A stretch of 62,858 nt of DNA, counting the filler, from Choristocarpus tenellus KU-1152 (lineage: Eukaryota > Protista > Phaeophyceae): the NCBI GenBank assembly GCA_964200185.2. It is 8 parts of 8 records of this genome, joined end to end, with 100 filler letters (N's around TTAATTAATTAA, not from the genome) between each part and the next. Parts side by side here need not be neighbours in the genome. Positions count along the whole stretch, not along the records: positions 46,789 to 52,453 come from CAXNAD020010088.1; positions 52,554 to 62,858 come from CAXNAD020003003.1; 6 more parts are not named here. One strand, 5' to 3'. Position 1 is the stretch's first letter; the number at the start of each line of letters is the position of its first letter. Under the pieces are notes generated by a model. It did no database searches and was not told where the DNA came from. It saw only the letters and a program-made list of their open reading frames with translations. Below, piece after piece: positions 52,255 through 62,858 of this stretch. The position numbers and the translations under genes were made by a program.

Positions 52255-52453
52255 GGCTCAAAGTATCTGGGGGGGTGGCAGCTGTTCATTCGGGGCCCAT
52301 TTTTCCATGTCACATTTTTGGGGTGATTTGTTTTTTACCTGTGTCGAATGGATAATGTAAGTTCACTTCTCCTGTTCAGGGCCGAAATGGACACCCTGGT
52401 ATAGACCCCCCCCCCCCCCCCATCGCGAGAGGGTCGTGGAGGGAAAGAGCGAA
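52255..52453. mobile_element. MITE family B, truncated by the contig end
   Basis: GGCTCAAAGTATCTGGGGGGGTGGCAGCTG..., the reverse complement of the other B ends. Confidence 0.75.
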
Positions 52454-52553
52454 NNNNNNNNNNNNNNNNNNNNNNNNNNNNNNNNNNNNNNNNNNNNTTA
52501 ATTAATTAANNNNNNNNNNNNNNNNNNNNNNNNNNNNNNNNNNNNNNNNNNNN
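52454..52553. other. Artificial contig spacer
   Basis: N44-TTAATTAATTAA-N44. Confidence 0.99.
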
Positions 52554-52855
52554 GGGGGTAGGCTATTTCTTGACATAGTCGTGTTGCTGCAGAGCAATCA
52601 ACTTAAATTCTGAGAAGTGCAAACTCACTGAAAAAGAATGCAGCACTTAGCCTGCTATTCTAGTAACATGCTGTGAAGCAACACTCAACAGAGAATGAAA
52701 GTCAAGGAGTCTGCAGCATAATATCTTCAAATTTGTCGAGACTCATGAAGTGACTAGGACCTAAAACATCCTCCTTGGCTATTGAGTGGTCTCGCCAGAG
52801 GCATCAATGCTTGGGGCTAATCTCATCCACCTTTACCATTTTGACTCAAACTCAC

Positions 52856-55800
52856 CATTGGATCCAATGGCAATGTTATCATACTTCTCTCCCACAAATG
52901 TAAACGCCTCCAGTCCTTCGCCTGGCACAAAGTGCACTCGGTCATCACCCCCTCGAAGGTATACCTGTGGTTGTCATAATGTGCAGTGTCAGACAAGTGG
53001 GCGAGCTGTCCGCCAGACAAGTCGGAACTTTTGCCATGGTCAAGACACACACCTCATCAAAACAGATACTCAAATACCATCCTTCTTGTCTATGACCTCA
53101 TAAGGAAAGCACTATTGGTATGGTGGAAGGCGGTTTCAATTGATCCGATGGCAGCGTGAATGACCTCTTACCTATCCACGGATTTATCACATGCACCCTA
53201 CAGACCAATTGTGTGCTTAGATGACAGGGATATATATATATGCATGCCTCAAAGTTTGCACTTTGGGGGGAAGCAGGAGAGGGGCGGGGCTATAGGCACC
53301 ACGACTGTATAGTACTCAGTACCACTCACAGGTGAACTGCAGTGAAGGATTGGGGCCCCACAGGTGTCCCCCTCACATGTCGGACGGTGCATGCAAGAGC
53401 TATATTCCATAGACCACGAGCAGCTATCTGGGAAGGCTTCACAAGTATCCTGAGGAAAGGAGTGTTGATGCAGGGGATTTTCAGTCCAGTAATGCACATA
53501 ACAGCCACCTTAGGGTTAGGGACTTGGGGATGTCAGACAAGAAAGACGACTCGAGACTAAACAGGCACGTTACCTCGTGCCTTATCTACACAAGTAAAGG
53601 AGATAAACAAAGATATTTTATAGCTGTACAGTGCAAGCTACAAGCAAGGACCCTTTTTATTTATCTAGTGGAATTATGAAGGGGAAGCGAAGGCGCCACA
53701 GAATCACTTCTCTCCTATATATATTTCAGCATGTCTTTTTATCGGTTCTCACCTGAGCTCGACCCAAAGCAATCCACATCTTACACAAACAGAATCACCA
53801 TTGCCAATTCACTCATGAGACTCAAACCACATGTGTGCCCTGTAGCACTTGACCTCAACAGCAGAAGCAACTAAACCCAACATCTGCCTAACCTACCACC
53901 ATGGTTCCACCCCCATGACCGCCACTACAGTGTCACTCACCTTCTCTTCACACAGTTGGCAATGAGATTCATTACATTCCGGTGGTCCAGGGCGATATGA
54001 GCTGGAGTCATCACTGAAGGGTGAGAATGAAGGGGCGTATGTCTCGAAACTCACTTCATCCAAGCGGAAGACCCATATGCCTGGGGTGGGGGTGTTTGAG
54101 GGCATATCCTCAATGTCAATCATGTCTGCACCAAACCCTGACTGGTCAAGATTGGAGCTGGAAATGGGTAGCTCAAAGTAAGTTGCCCCTCCTCCTGCAT
54201 CCCAGCTTAGGGTTAGGGAGGACATGACAAGGAAAAAGAGGAGCAGGGTCAGGGATGGGGTTAGGGATACAGTGGGTGGACTTGAAGTATGATTTGCACA
54301 ATGGTTATTACAGCTTCGAGGTCATGCTTGGACAAACGCTGGCACTCTGATGTGAGGGTGGTCAAACAGTGACAGTAACAAAATACATATATATATATAT
54401 ATATGTATTGATCAACCGCCAGACCAACTTTTAGTAAATCCATGAACAAGCACATTTGGTGTTGTGCCTCCATCAACTAGTACCTCTGTAGTGATCTCAA
54501 ATTTCTACTGCGCCCATCAGAAGTCTGAACTACACACAGGCATGTATCTTCTTCTTTTTCTCTGACTTGGAAGTCGTATGCTTTGTCAAAACTGTCAAAA
54601 CTCCTTTCAGAATCTTTGAGGGGGGATATATCTTCATTAGAACATGGGAGGGGTTGAGATTATGAACCTAAAACCTCTAAGCAAAAAAAAAAAATAATGA
54701 AGCTCCAACACATCAGAGGATGTTGAGACGGCACAATGACAAGAGGGATTTTCACGTAACACACTTGCCGTCTGCTTCATCAGTATCAGTACTACATTCA
54801 AAGGTGTATCTCCTGCATATTCACTACTTATCCCACAAGAAAAATAACCTGTACCTCCCAGCACTCTATACACGTGCAACACAGGGGAAAACTCTCTCAT
54901 AAACCAGAGCAATGTGATGTTTTAACATACGCAGCAAAATTACACCTGTGACATGTAAGGAGTGACACAATTAAAAGTCTGGTGCATAGAACCCACTGTG
55001 AATGATCACCATCACACTGATCCTGAGAAGAAAGGTCGAATCATCAAAGCGGACACAGTAGTGTTATGTGGACGCAGCACCATAGACGCAGACAGAACTG
55101 AATACTCTGTCAAACCTTGCACTCTCTTGTGCCTTTCCAAATGTAGTATCGTAATGTAATATCTGTGAAATTTACCGCTTGTTGTGTGCTGTTCAAATCC
55201 AGACTCCTAGCTACCTGAAGATCATGGTAATAGTATAATTGACTCACCCGGCCACAGCACCATATCCAACTGAAGCTATTGTCCCATAGAGATAAACAGC
55301 AAAGGAGCGGCCAAGTGCATCAGTGGCAAGGATAGTTTGCACGCTGACTCTTCTTCTGCAGTTTGTTGGATACACTGGAAGGACATCCTGGAAGAAGGGT
55401 CAAAACAAAGCACAAAATTGGTTTGTGAGCAAAAAACATACCAGTGGTTTGGTACTTCAGTTAGCCAGAATATTTCCTTAACAGTGTTGAACGAAACTCA
55501 GCAGGGTAACTCGGATATATGCTGTTGCTCTAAGATGGTCCTACATGTCAGTGCCAGCACATGGTAGTGAGTCATGGACAGAGCTCTCACAAGAAAAGCA
55601 ATGGTGTAGGCGTAACTCTGATGCGTGATCTGTGTGCATTTGCTCGTATTCAATAGATGAAAAGATTTGCCACAGAATAAGATTCCACTCACATAGGTGG
55701 TAATGAACGCCCATTGGGCCTCAAAGGGGTCTGGAAACTCATCAGTTGCAGCAGCTTCATCAGAGGTTTGGATTATGCTGGAGACTTTGATAAGGATTTC

Positions 55801-57310
55801 AGCCTCTGCTTCCTCAGTTTGCTGGGTGGACTGACAGAATCGGATCTCTCCCGGATTGGTACATATATTAGCATGATCAATCTGCAAGGAGGAAAACAAA
55901 AATTATGCATTGTAAGTGTCTGAAATTAAGTGTGCAGTGGAGGCAAATCTCAGTTGATCAGGGGTTGTTTTCTCAAGTACATGAAGTATTGTTGTATTGA
56001 CACAATGCCCTTGTTAAAGATGGACAATTGGTTCTGAAGCTGCTTCAAAGTACATTGATATCTCCAATCTCAGCACTAGATGTAATGTGTTTTGCAACTG
56101 AATGCTTGACATGCATCCATAGTACTGGATCGAATGGATTGTATGATTGGTCAGTCACCATCGCAGAAGCAACATGGGATCTGTATTAGATGTCAAAAAT
56201 TCAATACATTGTGTCAACAATGAGCTGCTCAAGAAAGGACTAGGTAGGGAGATTTGGACAGGTCATGCGACTATTTCGTGCCGCAATTTCATCTGTAAAC
56301 AGTATGTGCATATGGGTCAAACCTCTTCCAGACGGTTTGTGAGTCACAGGTTGTTAAATACTTGCCCCCCTCATTGTACGCAGCAAGCACTCTCTGCCTT
56401 CTGTCCAATCCCAAAACTTAAGGTGGCGGCATGAAGCAAATCCCCAAAATGTACAATTTAAAACTTTTTTCGTTATGAACTCTAGGAGTAGTCAATTGCT
56501 GTGGGATCATTTCTGTGCAATGGCGCACATTGCATCTCGAGGTTCCACAGAAAATACTCAGCAGGCATCAGCTTCTTATCCAAACAACTATCCTTGCCAT
56601 TCCATATCAATCTCAATTCCGAGTCGCACGAGATCACCAAAGATAGCGATAGACATTACTCACCATGGTGTTGAAGGGTAGCAAAGTTGGTACGGAGGTA
56701 ACAGGTAGGTGCATAAATCCATCTGTATAGGCGGACCCACGTCCAGAAATAGAGATAGCACCTACAACATCAATGAAGAGGGGTTTCGACTTCATCAAAT
56801 AGTGTCCTTGCCACAATTACTCCAAATTAATGTGAGCAATGAATGTTTCCATAAAGTCAGCAAAAGAAGTACTTGTTCACACATAGACTCTACATCGATG
56901 TTGCTCGGAACAACAAAATAGCATACTCACCCACCGTTTGTTCCAACACGTGCTCCATTCCACTCGCCGCCAAATATGAACGGAGTTCCACCTGTTGGCA
57001 TCTCGAATGTCACCTCATTGGTGGTGAAGAACCCGGAATTACTAAAGAACATAGTTTCTTCGGCACAGGTGATGGGTTGGTTACCCGAACCCTCCGTTGG
57101 GGCCCACAGTTCACGATCATCCATTTCTTTGTCGTTTACTGCATGTGGGGCGCCAAAATTCGAGCGTATCTCGTTAAGACGAGAGCAGGCTTCCTTCGCC
57201 ATTCTGTAGGCAGGACTACTAGGGTCGGGGAAGTGTTCGAGCTCGGGGCATCGTATTGCCCAGGCCAGGCCTGCCTGGGCTACTACCAAGGATAACAACG
57301 TTATCTTCAT
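52856..57310 (-). CDS. Secreted NIDO-domain protein (signal peptide, NIDO region, Cys-rich/PSI-like segment, start of a second NIDO-type repeat); exons 57310-56935, 56761-56664, 55881-55693, 55387-55248, 54205-53941, 53449-53330, 52964-52856; 3' truncated
   Basis: All seven exons splice in phase. Signal peptide MKITLLSLVVAQAGLAWA. NIDO-type motifs FIFGGEWNGARVGTNGAISI, FEAQWAFITTY, VQTILATDALGRSFAVYLY, AGWDAGGGATYFELPIS and SNTPTPGIWVFRLD. Confidence 0.82.
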
Positions 57311-59282
57311 GATTTCTAAAATCTGTGGAGTAGAAGGGGGGAATAATGGAGAATGAGGAGTGAGGAATGGAATAGGAAGGCATGTTCTCTCTACGCGACT
57401 GTTCCTCTGAAGTATGAATGTAAGAAATGAAAAAAAAGTACTTCATATATTTTGAACAGATTTTATCAATAAGATTCAGTACGTACAATAGAAGTTGTTA
57501 ATTTATGGAACATGGACAAAAACTTAGAAATAATAGATTCATAGACAGTAAGAGGTGGTATCCCCAATCCATCAATGAAAGTCTATGTTATAAGCAATCT
57601 ACTAAACTCTCTATTAAATAAAGAACAATTTTGAAGGGGATACTATCCTACTACTACAAGTTAGTTTTCATTGTAGATGCCTGAATATAGTGTTGTGAAT
57701 TGTAGATTTTACATCTGCTTTTTACTCCATATAATATAATATATTGACCTATGTATAGTTTTCATTTGTTTTCCCCCTGACACATCTACAAAAGGTCAGA
57801 GGTCATAATAATAAAAATATAATATATATAAGAAAATATGTAATTGTTAGCCCTAAGGAAATAAAATATCATAAATGTGAAAACACTGTAAGACACTAAG
57901 TGTGAAAACTACCACTAATCTATCGGTTACTTCACCATTATCAATATTGTACTGTCTTCCTGTGCTTCCCATCTACCTACTCGGGGGATGGGGCGGGGGG
58001 ATTCACGACTCCTCAATTTGCACTTGTCCAACCATAACCTCGTACCCTCGGTTACGGTTCGTCTTTGTTCGTCTGATCCGTCTTGCCTGGTGATTCTCTT
58101 CACCACCCTTGCCTGTGAACCACGCCGCCACAGAATCACACGATTCACATGTATTCGACCCACAAATTTATTTCTATTTTTCACTGTTCGATGTTTGACA
58201 CATCACTCTAATCATTTGAGGTTCACAAAATATTATATGACAAATAAATCTTGTTTATCTCATAAATGTCAACAATGGTCGTCAGAACATAACCTCATAA
58301 ATCGAAGATATTTTATTATTATCCATCTGACATGTAGGGTTTGTAAACATAAAAACCATCACGAAAACTCTTCACATAGTTGGAAGGTCGTAGAGAGTCT
58401 AGATTCTCAGTCCTTGAGAGTCTTAAAGAGCATTAAGAAAAGTTGGTTGGTGTTGTTGGTACTTTTGGTATATTTTGTTATTATTGTTATTTCATTCTGA
58501 ATTGTGCTTCTATCTGTGAAGATAGGATAAAGGTATGAAGACAATTGAGAAAAGAGGAGTGAACAATTCTGAATGGGGGGGGTTGGTAGAACTAAAATCA
58601 ACAGTGCAAGTTCAGCCAGTCAAGTATTTGTAACACTTCAAGTCCAGTTTAACAGTCATACATCCTGCCATCGTCACCACTGTGAAACAGATGAAACAAG
58701 CCGACAGGTTCTTCGTAATGAAGGGGAGCGGGAAGAATCACAGGAGGCAAGGAGAAGGAGAGAGACAATTCAAGAAGAGGCAGAGCAATCCCTCAGAAGA
58801 CCACTTGGGAAAGGAGTGAACAAGTGGTAAGTGAATGAGGGGGGTTTAATATGGTCCCCTCAAACCACTTGCTCTTACTTCAAGCAGATGTTACCTTCAA
58901 AATGCAAGAACACATGCCATATGAATATCAGATTCTTCGAGATAGGTTACCTTCAGGGTATACCTTCTTTGAAAGATGACCCTCACAAAATCAAAGTGAA
59001 AGTTTATGATGTAATCTAAGCTTTGTGGGTGGAAGAATTCTGGTTGGCTGGGGGCACAGGACAAGGAAGGGTAGAGAAAAGAAAAAGAAGTAAGCAAGAA
59101 GGGAACGAATTGTTAAGGATTGACTGGCTAAGAGAGGGGGGAAAGAGGTTAAAAGAAATGCGTGATAGGAAGAGGGATGGGGGAGGAATGATCAGTATCT
59201 GAAAAGAAAGCTGAAGACCAGGGGTGCAGGACAAGGAGGGCGAGAACAAGACAAACTCCGGGCAAGCTTTCCTGATTAAAGT

Positions 59283-60701
59283 ATGACTGAAAGGGGAGAG
59301 AGCACGAACAACCAGAACAAGACGAAGTGAGAAAACTGCATGGAAAACAACGAAAAGGAAAAGGGTGAGGACATGAGAAAAACGATGCAAGGATGGGGCA
59401 AGAAAAAAATATGGAGAGAAAGTGAGGAAGAGATGGAAACAATGGAGGTGCGGAGGATGCAGATGGAGATTGAACAAGTAGAGGGAGAGATGGGCTTCAG
59501 CGCAGAGGGGAAGGAGAAAGAAGAAGCAAGGAAGAGGATCGAAGGCGACTCCAGTCAAGCCCAGGACTAGACGAATGAGATGCCCAAACTAACGGAAAGG
59601 ATGGACCACATGATGGAGATCCTGTAGGAGCTATGTCAGGCCAATGAACCAGGACGTGTAGGGGGGGGCAAAGGGATGGGAGGGGGAACCAGATCGACGA
59701 TGGGAGAAGGTTCGATAACCTCAGCGACGCTGGTTGAAAGGATAAAAGAGAAAGTCATGATCCAAGCACGGAACAGGGTCGAAGTGAGGAAATATTTCTT
59801 ACTCCTCGGATTCATCCCCCTGTTTATTCAGGTAGGGAACGCCAGAGCAACAAGGGGCGAGTCACAGCAGATCATGGACGAGAAAGCGGACGTGACTGAA
59901 GAGGTGGCGAAGCAACTGGAAAACTTGATATCCTTCATGATAAAGGACTACATACCAAGAGGGAAGTAGGGGAGAAAAACCTACGGAGGAGACTACGATT
60001 TGCCAGACAATTTCAACTGCTTCATGGCAGCAATGGGAAAGATATGCAGGTATGGGGAAGGGTGGAAACCGGGGAAGAGGAGGCCAGTGAGTGTGATAGA
60101 GGAATTGGAAGCGGCAAGGTGCAAGGTACAAACGGTTTATGGGGCAAACAAATCCACATTGTTTGAAAATCCACGGATTGTTGACTTGATTTTCAGAGCA
60201 GTAGGGGAGAATCTCCAGTGTTGGGCCAAACAGATTGCAGTAGTGGCAGACATCATTGGCTATAAGTTTAACGCCCTCCCACCCCCCGAAACGTGGGTAC
60301 CAGACCCTCCAAGCCCCCACTTCACACGATTAGAGACAACCTTGAGCCAGGCAAAAAATATGCTACCCACCTTGTACAGCACTGATTCCAATTCCCGATC
60401 GATGAAGAGGGTGGCAGCATGGGGGGAAATGAGAGCTTCAAAGTCACCCAGACCAGATGAAAGAAACAGGCAGGGAGTCTCGAGTGGGAGGGGAAGGACA
60501 TACAACCCATGCTTTGAATGGAAGGCAGGGCAGGAGTGTGAATTCCTGAAAAAGAATGGCTTCTACAAATTCCACCACTTCCAAGAAGGAGAAGAGGAAA
60601 AAGAGAAGGGAGACCTGACTAAAGCCAACGCTACCAAGAAAGACTCCTTAAGGTGCGGGCCCATCCCCTCCGGGGATGGGCCGGCAGGGCAGGACCAGTG
60701 A
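59283..60701 (+). pseudogene. Gag/ORF1-like retroelement pseudogene (charged coiled-coil, C-terminal degenerate Cys/His finger)
   Basis: ORFs at 59340, 59676 and 60000 share one frame with the ATG at 59283, broken by 1 TGA and 3 TAG. No introns seen. PCFEWKAGQECEFLKKNGFYKFHH resembles a CCCH-type finger. Confidence 0.45.
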
Positions 60702-60720
60702 ACTTCAGTGCTACCACAAC

Positions 60721-60798
60721 CAAATCACCCAGAAATCGCGATATGAAAAAATTGATGCCAGATGGACGGCCGCCACCCTCCCCCAAATACTTTCAGCC
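60721..60798. mobile_element. MITE family B end (single terminus)
   Basis: ATGAAAAAATTGATGCCAGATGGACGGCCGCCACCCTCCCCCAAATACTTTCAGCC. Confidence 0.7.
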
Positions 60799-61124
60799 TT
60801 AAACTTCTGCAAATCAAGCATCGAGGAGGAGGCCTTTGTCTAGGTAGATAACTGATCTGGCGTCCGCATGTGCACCCGTATGGAAGGCCAGATCCATTCG
60901 GAAATTCCTGTACATTGCGAGTGGGCTAACATCCTCCATAGTGGAGGGGATTAGATTTAGGAGATGGTAACACCTTCCTGCCAAGGTATACCTCAAGACC
61001 TGTTTCCTCCCATGACAAGAACATTGGTTCCTGATGATATCAATGAGGTTGCAAGTCCCCTGATACACTTTCCCTTTTCACGCCTTCCCTGAGTGACCTT
61101 CTGAGGGTTGCTCACCATCCTGCC

Positions 61125-61200
61125 TTGTCCCTCTCCTTTCCTTTCCTCCTGTGGGTCTTCCCATTCCCCTGTATAGGCTGAAGAACCTGTCTGCCAATTT
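61125..61200. repeat. Dispersed repeat shared with 49840-49920 (probable retroelement fragment)
   Basis: TCCCTCTCCTTTCC(T/A)TTCCTCCTGT..GGGTCTTCCC...CTGAAGAACCTG.CTGCCA at both sites. Confidence 0.7.
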
Positions 61201-62151
61201 ACAACTATTTCTCAATTTAATGTTACAGGACGCTCCAGAAGCTTACCTCCACAGGATATATAGCTCCAATCCACAGGCCTATAAACGACACTAGTGTCCA
61301 TACAAGCCTCCTTGCATACTCCAACAGTCAAGGGAGTCCTATGTACATCTGGTTAGCTGGACAGGGGGTACTTCTCACAATCGATAACCACGCTGGTGTC
61401 AGCCAATGCTTTGCTTATCGAAAGAGTTAAGAAGTGACTCATGTGGTTGAGGCACTCTTTCATTAGTATCACCCATCGATTTCTGCTATTTACAAGTTAA
61501 AAGACATCTGCAAACTGCTGTCTACATTATCAAATTACAAGTCTTATCCTGCAACTTCTAGCAGATCGGCATTCCAGTTAGTAAAGTTACCTAAGCATTA
61601 CAAACCTTATTCTGCAGCTTCAAGCAAATTAGCGTTCCTTTCTATTAGGTTCCCTACGTGTTACAAATCTTTCTCTGCATCTTCTAGCAAATCGGAGTTC
61701 CTCTTGTAAGAATCCTTACGTGTGTATACTGGTTGTGCGTGTTAGAATGCGAGAAGAAATACTCGCATTCAGTGTTGGGAGTCGCCACCTGCATCAACTT
61801 TGTCGTGCCATAACTTTTGATCAACAACAATTTTTTTCATGAAAATTTGTTTGTTATAATCGCATCAGCATGGTTAACCTTATTTGATGGGTCTCGGTTG
61901 GCCAACTTACAGTAATCGTGAGGAATACAGAACCATACTTAAATCAAGTAGTCCGTGCGCACGGCTCACTCGCGAACCGCGCATTTAAGGATGATTTTGA
62001 TGCCAGGAGAGGCTATCTTCACTCGGAGAGCATGAACGTTGTTGTCTTTCCATTCTCTTTCCATTGTTTCCCGTTTATGCGATGTTGTTATCTGCTGGCT
62101 AAGGTTCACTCGTGGGGGTCCAGGCCTCTGAACCAAATAGACCATGCCAAG

Positions 62152-62479
62152 TTAAATGAGGTATTCTGAAGGTGCAGGCCTCCTGTGAGACTTAAATGTC
62201 TTGTACACCCTGTCCAATTTGGTGCACTCCGTGCCTTTCTCGTTGGAATATATCAGGTGGTAAGCAATACTCATCCTGAAGAACCTCTCCACAATTACTC
62301 TGGATAGCCCTCTTCCTCCTTAAGACAGATAGGAATGTTGGCTATCATTCCAGGCAACGTGTAGTCACAATGGCGTCGTACACAGTGCTTGGCCGCCCCC
62401 AGACAATCTCTATTGGGTTCAATTCATAGTGGTACTTTGGAAGCATCAAGCAGTGTCCTCCAAGACGCACAACCAGAAT
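62152..62479 (-). pseudogene. C-terminal fragment of an IS630/Tc1-like (DDE_3) transposase
   Basis: GHCLMLPKYHYELNPIEIVWG-(fs)-AAKHCVRRHCDYT...(fs)...YKTFKSHRRP matches the LPKFHCELNPIE...KSHR family pattern. Confidence 0.8.
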
Positions 62480-62858
62480 CGTGTCCTGTGAGTGGCTTAA
62501 ACAGTATTAAGTCGAGGTCCGCCTCCTACCGTCTTGGCGGTTACCAACCTCTATTGTTTTGAAAAGGTTGGCCAATGAGTTGGTCGACGATCGGCATATC
62601 AAATGAAAGCTCTGAATCTAGGCTATCGATTTATGCAAAGGAACCCTTTCGGAAAAATGTGTTTGACCGTGATACTTAATTCCGGAACAGTTTCAAGGTT
62701 GTGTCGAAAATATTCGGTTAAAATAAAAATTTACCAAATTTCTTTCCGCAAATCGATAGCTCAGATCAAGAGCTTTCATTTGATATGTTACAGGCGAATA
62801 GAGCGAGTATTTCTTCTTGTATTTCAACGAAGTGCAAACATTTGTTACACGCGAATAG

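Noticed and set aside
10632-52553. Recurring TTAATTAATTAA palindrome, and gene neighbourhoods across N-runs
   Set aside because: These are artificial concatenation linkers. MITE ends on either side of a spacer have non-matching flanks, so the contigs are not demonstrably adjacent.
59016-59558. 180-aa hydrophobic membrane-protein ORF on the minus strand
   Set aside because: Antisense of a purine-rich E/K/R-coding tract.

Overview
This is eukaryotic nuclear DNA, not prokaryotic. Eight short contigs are joined by seven artificial 100-bp spacers (N44-TTAATTAATTAA-N44), so adjacency across spacers means nothing. GT-AG introns, a heterokont-type plastid-targeting N-terminus and TTAGGG-like repeats suggest a photosynthetic stramenopile, probably a brown alga or relative (inference). 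Spliced genes rebuilt by hand: a Nudix hydrolase, a UPF0193/EVG1-like protein, an unknown Ser/Pro-rich protein, a TTC39/IML2-like protein, V-ATPase subunit C, PAC4/PSMG4, a sterol desaturase/fatty acid hydroxylase, RNPS1/SR45, an F-box protein and a secreted tandem-NIDO protein. The rest is mostly decayed, nested transposons: mariner (DD40D), pogo-like, IS630/Tc1-like, piggyBac-like, Copia and DIRS/Ngaro-like. Three related MITE families share a G-N4-AAAGTATCT-type terminus; the best-preserved is ~258 bp with 4-bp target duplications. Best leads: this Sola-like MITE clan, the NIDO/Cys-rich/NIDO extracellular protein, a deleted IS630-like element with paired dyad sites, and a CpG mosaic suggesting methylation. 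All calls come from reading by eye with no database searches; I cannot show that any system here is new.
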